The translations under genes and the position numbers were made by a program. From an uncultured virus (IMG/VR IMGVR_UViG_3300044956_001223) (taxonomy: Duplodnaviria; Heunggongvirae; Uroviricota; Caudoviricetes), in the IMG/VR virus record IMGVR_UViG_3300044956_001223: DNA of 20,000 nucleotides. One strand, 5' to 3'. Under the pieces are notes generated by a model. It worked only from the letters and a program-made list of their open reading frames with translations, made no database searches and was not told the DNA's origin. Positions 8,949 to 18,372 of this stretch are shown one piece after another; position 1 is the stretch's first letter, and each line of letters opens with the position of its first letter.

Positions 8949-9932
8949 TTAATTATTATATATATCTTGAAGAGATTTTACAACTAATTCAACCATCTTA
9001 TCTTCTGAGTGATTTAATGCTAAATTATAACAATTTTCTTGTTTAATTGCGTGAAGATTATTCCAAGAATTTATAAAATCTTCTTCATTTTTAATAAAAA
9101 ATCCATTTATTCCATGTTTTATATAATTTTTCCACCCTCCAATTTCAGAAGCCATTATTGGTACTCCATAACTTCCAGCTTCTTTTCCTGTTAAGGTCGC
9201 GGAGATTGGATAAGTTTGAATTTGTACATTTGCTTTAGCTTTTTTAAAAAAATCTCTTTTTAATTCTTGAGAAATAGAGCCTAAATAAAAACTATTTTGA
9301 TTGTTGATAAATTCTAATAATGGATATCCCGAAACTATTGGACCAGAAAAATAAATATTAATTTTATATTTATTACATAATTGAGCAAGTTGTATTGATT
9401 GATATTCATTACAATGTCTTGAGCATTGAAAAATAAAATCTTCTTTTTTATATTCTTGAAACTTTTCAAATCTAGGCCCAATCACTATCTTATATATTTT
9501 TGCAAATTCTGAATATTTTGCCGCCTGAACTTCTGGATCAAACAATAAAATATTCTTTGTTTTTGGATGCACTGTCTCTGCCCAACCAACCGGCCACACG
9601 GCTTGTTTTTGACTTTTGCAATTTTCTAAATTTAAAAAAACGTCGGCATGGTGATGAAAAAATATATCATATTCGTCTGCATTTTTTATATAATTTTTTA
9701 GTGGTAAACCAGACTTAATTGCTCTCCTAGAGTTTAAGTCTAAACCTAAACATTGATTTTTTTTATTAAAATCTATATTATCGAATGATTTAATGTTAGA
9801 GTATATAAAAAAATCTTTTAATTTATCTAAAAGACTTGCAGCGATAATTCTTCCTCCTCCATATTTATTTGGAGTTAGTGAATAATCTTCTATGAAATCA
9901 TCTTCATTTAAATCTAAATAAGCTATTTTCAT
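8949..9932 (-). CDS. Glycosyltransferase, GT-B fold (GT4-like)
   Basis: YGGGRI, YLGSISQELKRDFFKKAKA and KEAGSYGVPIMASEIGGWKNYIKHGINGFF. Confidence 0.8.
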   Translation of the reverse strand: MKIAYLDLNEDDFIEDYSLTPNKYGGGRIIAASLLDKLKDFFIYSNIKSFDNIDFNKKNQCLGLDLNSRRAIKSGLPLKNYIKNADEYDIFFHHHADVFLNLENCKSQKQAVWPVGWAETVHPKTKNILLFDPEVQAAKYSEFAKIYKIVIGPRFEKFQEYKKEDFIFQCSRHCNEYQSIQLAQLCNKYKINIYFSGPIVSGYPLLEFINNQNSFYLGSISQELKRDFFKKAKANVQIQTYPISATLTGKEAGSYGVPIMASEIGGWKNYIKHGINGFFIKNEEDFINSWNNLHAIKQENCYNLALNHSEDKMVELVVKSLQDIYNN

Positions 9933-10576
9933 TTTATTTGTTTTTTAGATAGATCCATAATAATATTATTTGGATTTTCTTTTAGATAATATAAATTTTC
10001 TATATTTTTAATATTGAACTCATTTATATATTTTATATTAATAAACCAATCTTCCAGATATTTTTTGCCATCATAAACTAAGCCTACATCTTCAGCTAGA
10101 ATTTTATAATCTTTTAAAATTTCATTTTTAAAAAAATTCGTTAATGCTGGTTTTTGAAATTTTCCTACTTCTGTATTATACAAATCATGTTCAATTGTTA
10201 TAATTTTAAAATCATACTCTCGCCAAGGAAGAAAGCTTAATATTTGTACATTTGAAATTTGTGAATACCAAGGATCAATATCAACCGAAAGATAATCTAT
10301 CGCCTTGGGTGTGTTAAAATATCTAAACATATTTCTATAATCAATTGCATATGCATCACCTTGAATAACTATAGAGTTTTTCCTAAATTTTTTTGCATGA
10401 TCGCAATATTTTTTTTCATATTCTAATAAAATACCTTTCCACCCTAATTCTTCTAGCCAAGCAGTATTCGTTTGACATGGAAGAGTTTCTCCGTCGCCCG
10501 CGCCAATATCTAAAAAAAAACCATTTTTATTTGGAAGCAGTAAATTTACAAATAAATCTTGTTGTGAAATAGCCAT
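9929..10576 (-). CDS. FkbM/Methyltransf_21-like SAM-dependent methyltransferase
   Basis: QQDLFV, GFFLDIGAGDG, NTAWLEELGWKGILLE, IDYLSVDID, IITIEHD and EDWF. Confidence 0.82.
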   Translation of the reverse strand: MAISQQDLFVNLLLPNKNGFFLDIGAGDGETLPCQTNTAWLEELGWKGILLEYEKKYCDHAKKFRKNSIVIQGDAYAIDYRNMFRYFNTPKAIDYLSVDIDPWYSQISNVQILSFLPWREYDFKIITIEHDLYNTEVGKFQKPALTNFFKNEILKDYKILAEDVGLVYDGKKYLEDWFINIKYINEFNIKNIENLYYLKENPNNIIMDLSKKQIK

Positions 10577-10579
10577 ATA

Positions 10580-11857
10580 TTAGCCATTATGCCCTATGAC
10601 CTCAAATTTTGGTAAAGGAAAAATAAATTTTATTCCTTGAACAAGAGCTTCCTTTTCTCTATTTAATATTTCCCTTTTAAAATGCCAAGGTCCGACTAAA
10701 TAATAATCAGGATCTAATTCTCTGCTGTGCTTCTCTGAGACAATTTCTATCCCACTTAAAGTTTTTGAACCAAATTTTTCCTCACTTCTTTCGGCTGCAT
10801 ATTGGATGTATTTTAATATATCATCACCAAAACAATAACCCAATAATGTATTTACTTTAGTAGATGCACCATAAAGATGAACGGTCTTTTTATTTTTTAT
10901 TACTTCTTCATTAAAAAATTTAACTAATTCATATTTTTGCGCTACGATTCTATTTTTAAAATCTTCGTAGATTTTTGATTCGTCTAAAGCTAAGTCAAAT
11001 TCCTTAAATCTTAAATTCATCAATGCTTTAGTTTTATCTTCGGAGTCATATTTAAAATTAGATTTTTTAACAGCATAACAACATATGCTTCCTCCGTTTA
11101 TGTCATTTAATTCAGCGTATATTAATCTTAGTCCAGCCTTTTCTAATAAATATTCAACTGGCGCAAGATGATAATGCTCTAAATGTTCGCTGCAAAATGT
11201 ATCGTAACACAAGTTATCTATTATAAATGGTAAATATGCCATCTCAAAAATCCAAATTCCATCTTCCGAAAGAAATTTATTTATATTCAAACAGAAATCT
11301 AGTGGGTCATCTAGATCATAAAAACATGCGATTGAAGTGATTATGTCAAAACTTTTTTCCAAATTGTCTTTTTCCATCTCTGGACAAGGAAATAAATCAT
11401 TATATATTTTTATATTTGTATATTTTTGTTTAGCTTTAGCTGTTATATCTGACGGATCGACGCCATACAATTCAATTCCTTCTTTATAATTTAATAATAA
11501 CGTGGCGTCATTCATTGCTATATCTAAAACTTTCTTAGGATTTGGTATAATTTTTAAACTTTTTTCTACTATCTTTTTAAGATGATCACGCATTGTTTGA
11601 CTAATATTTGATTCATACCAATAATTTGAATACATTATTTTTGGTGGTATTGTGTGTGCCGTTTGCACAAGACCACAAGCATTTTCTTTCTTAGACACAT
11701 CGCATCTAACAATTTTATTAGGTATTTTTCTTAAAGAGGTTTGCCCTTTTCCTTCTTTTAGAAAAGAACCTTGAAGATGCTGATAACCTAAATCTATTAT
11801 TTCTGTAAGATTTGGATTACCGCATATTCTGCAAGTTTGCCTATATTTAATATTCAT
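10580..11857 (-). CDS. NDP-hexose C-methyltransferase (TcaB9/NovU-like; Zn domain, MTase domain, C-terminal domain)
   Basis: CRICG...CGLVQ, YWYES, VLDIAMNDATLL, FYDLDDP, EHLEHY, INGGS, YGASTK, PDYYLVGPWHF and FIFPLP. Confidence 0.88.
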   Translation of the reverse strand: MNIKYRQTCRICGNPNLTEIIDLGYQHLQGSFLKEGKGQTSLRKIPNKIVRCDVSKKENACGLVQTAHTIPPKIMYSNYWYESNISQTMRDHLKKIVEKSLKIIPNPKKVLDIAMNDATLLLNYKEGIELYGVDPSDITAKAKQKYTNIKIYNDLFPCPEMEKDNLEKSFDIITSIACFYDLDDPLDFCLNINKFLSEDGIWIFEMAYLPFIIDNLCYDTFCSEHLEHYHLAPVEYLLEKAGLRLIYAELNDINGGSICCYAVKKSNFKYDSEDKTKALMNLRFKEFDLALDESKIYEDFKNRIVAQKYELVKFFNEEVIKNKKTVHLYGASTKVNTLLGYCFGDDILKYIQYAAERSEEKFGSKTLSGIEIVSEKHSRELDPDYYLVGPWHFKREILNREKEALVQGIKFIFPLPKFEVIGHNG

Positions 11858-11863
11858 GTATTG

Positions 11864-13246
11864 TTAATTTTTTAAATTAAGTTCTTCAACTTTTTGATCT
11901 AGTAAAAATTTCCTAAATGATTCATCTACTAATTTATATGGTATTGTATGAGTTACTCCGTAATTCTCATGTTCTCTTTCTCCTCGAACTAAATTTAAAA
12001 AGACTGAATCTTCAAGAAAAACCATTGCATGGGCCACATTTGGTTTTATGACTGCTATATCTCCTTGATTTATTACTCTAATTTCTATTTCTCCATTTTT
12101 ATAAGATAAATCTTTTATTACGCTTATATACTTGCCTTTCACTAATAAACATTTTTGTTCTTGTATTGGATGATAATGATTTGCTCTTACTGTTCCAGCT
12201 TTTGATTCTATATAACCAATTAAATTTATAGGTTCAGTTAATTCATAATTACTTATCTTGCCTCTTTCATCAATAAACTCCTTTTCGCCTTTAATTATAA
12301 ATTCTAGTTCTGATGTATAATTTTTATTTGACCAATTAGAGATCATTTCTTTTATAGAATTTTCTAAATTATATAAGAATTTAAATCCTGTAGAAAGTAA
12401 TTTTTTATTAGATAATGTATATCCAAAGTTAGGAATTGGGTCATTTGTCTCTACTATTGTTAATTTAGGATTATATTTTTTGCATATTTCCGCCACTTCT
12501 TTTACTGTAGCATTTTCATTGCTTAAATGAAAAACTTCGTTTTTTATAATTGATTCGCTCATGAATTTAAAACATCTTGCAACATCTAATACTGATACAA
12601 GACTTTTTCTTTGAACTCCTCCAGAAAACAATTTGATTGATTGATTCTGCGATGCCATTTTAGAAAATAAATTTGGCATAATATTTATTCTCATTGTATC
12701 TGTAGAATATCCATAAACTGATCCCAATCTTAATATTATATAATTCTTTTTAGAGTTTTTGATATCTTGCTCATTTTGAGTTTTGCATTTAGCATAAGTT
12801 AAAACGGGATTAGTTTCTGCATTTTCTTTAAGATCAAACATTGTTTTTTCGTAGCCCTCGAAAACTACATGCGTAGAAGGGAAAATAATTTTACCTTCAT
12901 TAGATAAAAACTTTAAAATATTATTCGTGCCATCTATGGCGACCTTTCTTATCTCTTTATCTTTTTCTGGAGTTTCTTCGGTCTTAACGTAAGCTACATC
13001 TGTGATTCCAGCCAGATGATGAACGATATCTGCATCTTTAACTAATTCTTCTACAAATTTTTCATCTAGAATATTTCCTTGAATAAATGAAAACCCCCAA
13101 TCTCTCAACTGCTTTACTCGTTCAGATACAAACCTACTATCTGTAACAATAATATTTTTATACCTTGTTTCTCCAGAATATATTTTACATAGTTCTGATC
13201 CAATATAACCTAGTCCGCCAGTAATAATTATTTTTTGTTTTTTCAT
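11864..13246 (-). CDS. NAD-dependent epimerase/dehydratase (extended SDR) fused to a C-terminal cupin
   Basis: ITGGLGYIG, HLAG, YAKCK (YxxxK) and LRLGSVYG. The C-terminal FIDERGKI...RANHYH...PNVAHAM is a cupin motif. SD-like AGAGGA upstream. Confidence 0.88.
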   Translation of the reverse strand: MKKQKIIITGGLGYIGSELCKIYSGETRYKNIIVTDSRFVSERVKQLRDWGFSFIQGNILDEKFVEELVKDADIVHHLAGITDVAYVKTEETPEKDKEIRKVAIDGTNNILKFLSNEGKIIFPSTHVVFEGYEKTMFDLKENAETNPVLTYAKCKTQNEQDIKNSKKNYIILRLGSVYGYSTDTMRINIMPNLFSKMASQNQSIKLFSGGVQRKSLVSVLDVARCFKFMSESIIKNEVFHLSNENATVKEVAEICKKYNPKLTIVETNDPIPNFGYTLSNKKLLSTGFKFLYNLENSIKEMISNWSNKNYTSELEFIIKGEKEFIDERGKISNYELTEPINLIGYIESKAGTVRANHYHPIQEQKCLLVKGKYISVIKDLSYKNGEIEIRVINQGDIAVIKPNVAHAMVFLEDSVFLNLVRGEREHENYGVTHTIPYKLVDESFRKFLLDQKVEELNLKN

Positions 13247-13249
13247 ATT

Positions 13250-13622
13250 TTATCCTCTTAGGTTTTTATCTAAAAATTCATTATCCCATTTTTTTGAGTG
13301 AATAAATGTGGCTCCTTCTGGGGCAATATGCCCATTCACTACACGCTATATCTAATTCATCATTTTGCCTGATAAGATTATAAACTCTTTCAAAGGAATA
13401 TCCTATACCAAGATTTACTCCATGAATTAATAAATTTATTGGTATTTTACTAGAGTTTTCAATGCTGTAGTTCAATAGAGCGCTTTTTACATCAGGCGTT
13501 GATCCATCGTCCACTATCCAAATCTCATTAGGCTTTACAGATGTATTATTTATTGCGGTGCTAATTGATTTAGATAGCATATTTGGTCTATTATATGCTA
13601 TAATATAAAAAGCTATATTCAT
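13250..13622 (-). pseudogene. Internally deleted paralog of the 8015-8947 GT2 glycosyltransferase
   Basis: From ATG 13622, MNIAFYIIAYNRP...RQNDELDIAC matches residues ~5-97 of the 310 aa GT2. After the junction near 13340 a different frame reads VNGHIAPEGATFIHSKKWDNEFLDKNLRG* (TAA 13250-13252), matching the GT2 C-terminus VNGMIVPEGQTFVCSPTWNNKYLKENPR. Confidence 0.88.
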
Positions 13623-13631
13623 TATATACAA

Positions 13632-14501
13632 TTATGAATTGTATAATAAATATCTATATTTGTCAATATTATTTAATATAAATTCTGAAGTATTTGTTTT
13701 ATTTAAATCTATCTTTTCTAATTCCCAAGGCATAGTTGTAGTGTTTAAGCTAGACAAATTTTTTAAAGCATTCTCTATGTTATTTATATTAGCTGTATTA
13801 TCATTTGATAATTCTATGTGGCTATGATTTTTTAATTTATCTAAAATAAATCGAGTAGGATTTTCTTTTGGAACTAAATAAGTATAATGCCATCCGCCAT
13901 TTTCTACGACTTTAACTAAATTCCATTCATCTTTATCTCCGTCAAGCCTTAAACTAAAAATACCATAATTTAAGTTTGCTAGAAGTTGATATTCATTATT
14001 AGGGTTGTAATATTTTGAATATATTTGTTCTAAGGATCTTTTTGTCGCCATTATTGTACCATGCCAAACTATAGGCTTCTTAACCAATACATTAATATAA
14101 TAATTATGAAAATTTTGCTTAAATCTTATTGGTTTAAATAAATTTGTTTTATTATCTTCGATAGTTTTTGGATTTGGTATTTCATCTGCGTCAGAATACA
14201 TAAATATGTCTTCGTCTGTAAATAAATGTTTAGAGGCTTTAAAAGACATATTTTTTTGAAATGCATCATTTATTAATGGATTTCCAAAATTATATTTAGG
14301 TAATTTTATGCTAATAATTTTTTCTTTAAATTTATAAAATCTATCCTTGTTTTCAACAAAATGACATGGCTTTTCCTGACCATAAAAATTGGTTTCGCTT
14401 TCTACTATCACGAAGTAATCAACGATGTCATTAAGAATGTTCAATCTTAATTCTAATAAGTCAAGTTCATTATTAAAACAAAATGCGTCAAAAATTTTCA
14501 T
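13632..14501 (-). CDS. GT17-family (GnT-III/MGAT3-like) N-acetylglucosaminyltransferase domain protein
   Basis: IFDAFCFNNELDLLELRLNILNDIVDYFVIVES, YSDADEIP, GGWHYTY and KLKNHSHIE. Confidence 0.88.
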   Translation of the reverse strand: MKIFDAFCFNNELDLLELRLNILNDIVDYFVIVESETNFYGQEKPCHFVENKDRFYKFKEKIISIKLPKYNFGNPLINDAFQKNMSFKASKHLFTDEDIFMYSDADEIPNPKTIEDNKTNLFKPIRFKQNFHNYYINVLVKKPIVWHGTIMATKRSLEQIYSKYYNPNNEYQLLANLNYGIFSLRLDGDKDEWNLVKVVENGGWHYTYLVPKENPTRFILDKLKNHSHIELSNDNTANINNIENALKNLSSLNTTTMPWELEKIDLNKTNTSEFILNNIDKYRYLLYNS

Positions 14502-15736
14502 TCTATTACCTTTAGTGATGGCATAGGGATAATAAATTTACCTTTATAGTCTTTATTATTATTGACGATTGAATCTGCCATATTCCAAACAGAAACAATA
14601 CAATAATCTGTTGGGTTGTCGTAAAAATGTTTTCTACTTACAATTGGAATTCTTTTTCCTGGAGAAAACCTTCCTTGCTTTAAGGATGAATCATCTACAA
14701 CATATTTAATAATATTATTATTTAATTCAAAAAACTTGCTAAATAAGGCAAATTTAGCTGGACAACCATAACACGATATCGTTTTACCTTCTGCTATTGC
14801 GTCTTTAATTAAAGATTTTAGATCGGCTTTTAATGTATTTAATTTATTGACGAAGGTAACATACGTTTCATCTGAATATAGATTAAATTCGTTTTCTTTG
14901 TCTATGAATGCTTGCACATTTTTTATTATTTTATGTTTAGCGCTAGAAGTTTTTTTTGTAAAAATTCTAAATGATCCGCCTTGGGTATTGACTCTCTTGA
15001 TGTCAAATATTTCTAAATTATATTTATTTAAATATTTAACCAATGGAATAATTCCATAATATTGAAGATGTTCGTGATAGGCTTGATCGAAGTACAGCCC
15101 CTTAATTGTATCTAAGAGATATGCATTTTCAAAAACAAATACGCTATCATCATTCATGATATTAGCTATACCTTCTATCATGCTATCTATTTTATCAACA
15201 TGGGCAAATACATTATTTGCACAAATAATATTAATTGGCCCAAATTGATCTTTAATTTTTTGAGAACTTGTCATATTAAAAAAGTCAACAATAATTGTTG
15301 CATCTTTAATAGACTTGGCTCTTTCTGAAATATTTTCTGCTGGATCAATTCCAATTAATTTTCCAAAATTAATATTTTCAAATTCCTTAAGAAGAATACC
15401 ATCATTTGACCCAATATCTAAAATTGTTGTTGGAGTATTATAATCAAATCTATTTTTAATATCTTGTGCATATTCAGCGAAATGTTTAACTAAAGATGGA
15501 GAATCAGAACTAGAATAAAGATAATTTAAAAATAACCTATCTGGATTAATTGTCTCTTTTAATTGAATGTGTCCACAATCATCGCATTTAACCAACGTTA
15601 AAGTAAAAAGATCTTCGTGCTCTTCTATTGTCTGTGGATAAGAATTGGCTAAAGCAACTTCTCCAAATGGCAATACAGTTTTTATATTTGGGCTCTTACA
15701 TAGCCTGCATTCTGCTATTTGTATTACGTCTTTCAT
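14498..15736 (-). CDS. NDP-hexose C-methyltransferase (second copy)
   Basis: CRLCKS...CDDCGHIQL, YLYSSS, LDIGSNDGILL, NNVFAH, YHEHLQY, TQGGS, YGCPAK, VWN and FIIPMP. Confidence 0.9.
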   Translation of the reverse strand: MKDVIQIAECRLCKSPNIKTVLPFGEVALANSYPQTIEEHEDLFTLTLVKCDDCGHIQLKETINPDRLFLNYLYSSSDSPSLVKHFAEYAQDIKNRFDYNTPTTILDIGSNDGILLKEFENINFGKLIGIDPAENISERAKSIKDATIIVDFFNMTSSQKIKDQFGPINIICANNVFAHVDKIDSMIEGIANIMNDDSVFVFENAYLLDTIKGLYFDQAYHEHLQYYGIIPLVKYLNKYNLEIFDIKRVNTQGGSFRIFTKKTSSAKHKIIKNVQAFIDKENEFNLYSDETYVTFVNKLNTLKADLKSLIKDAIAEGKTISCYGCPAKFALFSKFFELNNNIIKYVVDDSSLKQGRFSPGKRIPIVSRKHFYDNPTDYCIVSVWNMADSIVNNNKDYKGKFIIPMPSLKVIE

Positions 15737-15740
15737 ATTT

Positions 15741-16520
15741 TTAATCCTTATTTAGTGTTGGTTTTGGTACGTTGAACTTATTATAAAAATCTTCATTTAA
15801 TTGAAGTTTATCATTCTTTTCGTCCCAAGAATAAGAGCAAATTCCAAATCTTAATTTTTGAAAATCTAATTTTCTTTTTAAATATTCTTTTGTTCCAACC
15901 CAACTATAATGTTTGGGAAAAATTAAATTTTTAGGCACTACTAAATGTGCTCTATTTACATCTTTTGTTCCATCTTCATATTCTACTAACTCGTCTTGAT
16001 AAAATCTTTTTAATCCTTTATTTTTATTAACAAACCATGCTCTCGGCACAATAAAATCATCTACCCATGTTTCATAATCTATGCAATAATTTTTAAAATT
16101 AATTTTAAAATAATCAACTAGGTCATTATTATTTATGTAATTAATTAATTTTTGTATTTCTTCTACCGTCCATATTTCATCTATATTTACCATTATAAGT
16201 AAATCTATATTCGATTCCTTTAATTTTAAAAAATTATTTGTCCACATTATATATTCTTTTTGAGGAGTGTCGTATATAATTAGATCGTCAATTACTCCTT
16301 CGTCTTTCATCTTTTTAGCAATATTATGTGTGTCATCTGTCGAATATATTGGAAAACCTAATTTATGCGTTTCTTCAAAACATCCGTGTGCGAAGCATAT
16401 CCTTAAATCTTCAAGATTTGGTATTAAATTTTTACTTTTTTTAACTTGCTCCCAAGCTACAAAACATTTATTCAGCAAATCTTTCGATTCATATCCAATA
16501 GTTGTAATTCCTATTTTCAT
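15741..16520 (-). CDS. Putative GT-A fold glycosyltransferase
   Basis: N-terminal strand IGITTIGY, STDDT, LIMVNIDEIW (NxD variant of DxD) and KHYSW. Confidence 0.55.
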   Translation of the reverse strand: MKIGITTIGYESKDLLNKCFVAWEQVKKSKNLIPNLEDLRICFAHGCFEETHKLGFPIYSTDDTHNIAKKMKDEGVIDDLIIYDTPQKEYIMWTNNFLKLKESNIDLLIMVNIDEIWTVEEIQKLINYINNNDLVDYFKINFKNYCIDYETWVDDFIVPRAWFVNKNKGLKRFYQDELVEYEDGTKDVNRAHLVVPKNLIFPKHYSWVGTKEYLKRKLDFQKLRFGICSYSWDEKNDKLQLNEDFYNKFNVPKPTLNKD

Positions 16521-17467
16521 ACTAAAATATTTTCTTTGTTTCTATTATCCGCGATAATAATCTTCGGCATAGTTTCTCTTAATTCTAAAGCAATATCTTT
16601 TATTGTACCTTCAAAAGTAAAATCAAATATTGAAATAAATTTATCCGAAGATATGGCAAAATCATAAGCTTTTGATACTAATTTTTTATTAATAGATTCT
16701 TCAATGGTTGGATTCCTTTCGAATATACTTAATTTAGTATTTTCAAAAACCTCCGCCGTTTTTCTGCCAATTATATCGGGAGTTGAATTAAAAGACGCTA
16801 AATTATAAATTCCCTTCGTTTGAAATTTTCCATTTAATATGATTGTTTCAACTGCTCTACATAAATCTTTTATATATAAAATCGGTCTTCTTATCATTGG
16901 ATTAAATATGTTAATTTGATTATCTTTAACTGCAGAAAAAGCCATAGCATTTATCATTACGTCGTTTCGTGTATTTGGGGCATATCCATTTACTGTTCCA
17001 AATCTTAGTCCGTAATAATTTATTTTATTAAAAATTTTCATATAATGATCTATTTCTGCTTTGGATAAATCATAAAAACTTCCTGCGACATATTCCTCGC
17101 ATTCCTCAGTAACAATATTTCTATTAACGTTTCCATAAACGCTAGAACTGCTTGCGTAAATAAATTTTTGATTTTCTGATATCTTTTCAACAAGTTCTAA
17201 AAAATATTGTACATTGTTTTTAAAAGACCCCATCATATTTGTTTCGCACATTTTTACGCTAGAATGTCCTGCTACCAAAATAATATCCGTAAATTTACTA
17301 AGATATTCTTTTGTTAAATTTTTATAATTCTCTTTAATGTTTGGTATATTTGGATTTCCAAAAATTTCTAAATCTACGGATGTAGTTCTATATTTCTTGT
17401 TTACAAAATACTCAAATAGAGCACTGCCTACATAACCGCATCCACCGATAATTAAAATATCTTTCAT
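16517..17467 (-). CDS. NAD-dependent epimerase/dehydratase/reductase (extended SDR)
   Basis: IIGGCGYVG, YASSSSVYG, YDLSK and LRFGTVNG. Start reassigned from 17497 to the ATG at 17467, which forms an ATGA overlap with the upstream stop. Confidence 0.9.
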   Translation of the reverse strand: MKDILIIGGCGYVGSALFEYFVNKKYRTTSVDLEIFGNPNIPNIKENYKNLTKEYLSKFTDIILVAGHSSVKMCETNMMGSFKNNVQYFLELVEKISENQKFIYASSSSVYGNVNRNIVTEECEEYVAGSFYDLSKAEIDHYMKIFNKINYYGLRFGTVNGYAPNTRNDVMINAMAFSAVKDNQINIFNPMIRRPILYIKDLCRAVETIILNGKFQTKGIYNLASFNSTPDIIGRKTAEVFENTKLSIFERNPTIEESINKKLVSKAYDFAISSDKFISIFDFTFEGTIKDIALELRETMPKIIIADNRNKENILV

Positions 17468-18372
17468 TTTTCTTTCAATAAAAAAATTTCCTTCCAAGAA
17501 GAATATCCATTTTTTAACAAATTTAAAAGAATTTTTCTATCAATTAGGGTTGTTTCTGGATAATTGATATTATTGAATACAATTCTGCTTACATCATTAT
17601 AATGAGTATCTATATTTATACATTCCTCGTAATCTTCTTTCCATCTTGAGATCCAAGGAATTCTATTAAATTGTGGGTCTAGTAATAATCTCGGTATACC
17701 CAAATGATAGGCTATATGACTTGGTCCATTACAAGTAAATACTCCATATTTACTTTTAAATAATATATCTAATGACTTATTAAAATCTGGATCTAGATCA
17801 ATTACAACATTTGAAGGATAGTCAATATTAAAATCGCAGGCATAGTTAATCTCTTTATCCCACTTTTTAAGTTTTGGAAAATATATTTTATATTGCGGTA
17901 AATGTTCCCCCAAGGATTTAAGTAAAAGTGGAATATTTTTATATAAATAATTAGGTGTCGTTGTAGATAGTCCGCAGTAAATTATATTTTCTTTTTTAGG
18001 AAAATGATTTACAAGTAATCTTGTTTTTTTTATTATTTGAGGGTTTAGCCCATACTCTTCGTAATTAAATGCAAATTCATTTTTAAATAAAAGATCTGGT
18101 ACATTATATGTCAAAAGATCCGATTCATATTTTACTTTTAATTCTTTTATATACTCTGGTCGATTTAATAATGCATTGTTATTTGAATATTTTTCATCAA
18201 TCTGATTAATTTCTAATACATTTCCGAATGCATACCATAATGGTTTATATACTTCGTCTCTTGATGAAATTAAATTTAGTGTGGATATATATCTTTTATT
18301 TAAGAGATAGGCTATTTGCAAAGATAGTATGCAGTCTCCTATTCCGTGTCCACCTATGTTAATTATTCTCAT
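17464..18372 (-). CDS. GT9-like (heptosyltransferase family) glycosyltransferase
   Basis: HGIGDCILS at the N-terminus. GVFTCNGPSHIAYHLGIPRL resembles the GT9 DSGPxHxAxAxxxP motif. Confidence 0.72.
   Translation of the reverse strand: MRIINIGGHGIGDCILSLQIAYLLNKRYISTLNLISSRDEVYKPLWYAFGNVLEINQIDEKYSNNNALLNRPEYIKELKVKYESDLLTYNVPDLLFKNEFAFNYEEYGLNPQIIKKTRLLVNHFPKKENIIYCGLSTTTPNYLYKNIPLLLKSLGEHLPQYKIYFPKLKKWDKEINYACDFNIDYPSNVVIDLDPDFNKSLDILFKSKYGVFTCNGPSHIAYHLGIPRLLLDPQFNRIPWISRWKEDYEECINIDTHYNDVSRIVFNNINYPETTLIDRKILLNLLKNGYSSWKEIFLLKEK

Noticed and set aside
930..16667. Plus-strand ORF-track calls (930, 2353, 2605, 7322, 8154, 8437, 9500, 13639, 14847, 16267, 16446) and the minus-strand 3787-4014 call
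   Set aside because: They are antisense or alternate-frame shadows lying inside or across well-supported genes, with no recognisable motifs.
17468..17497. ORF-track upstream start for the SDR
   Set aside because: It lies inside the GT9-like gene; ATG 17467 gives the usual ATGA coupling and begins right at the Rossmann strand.
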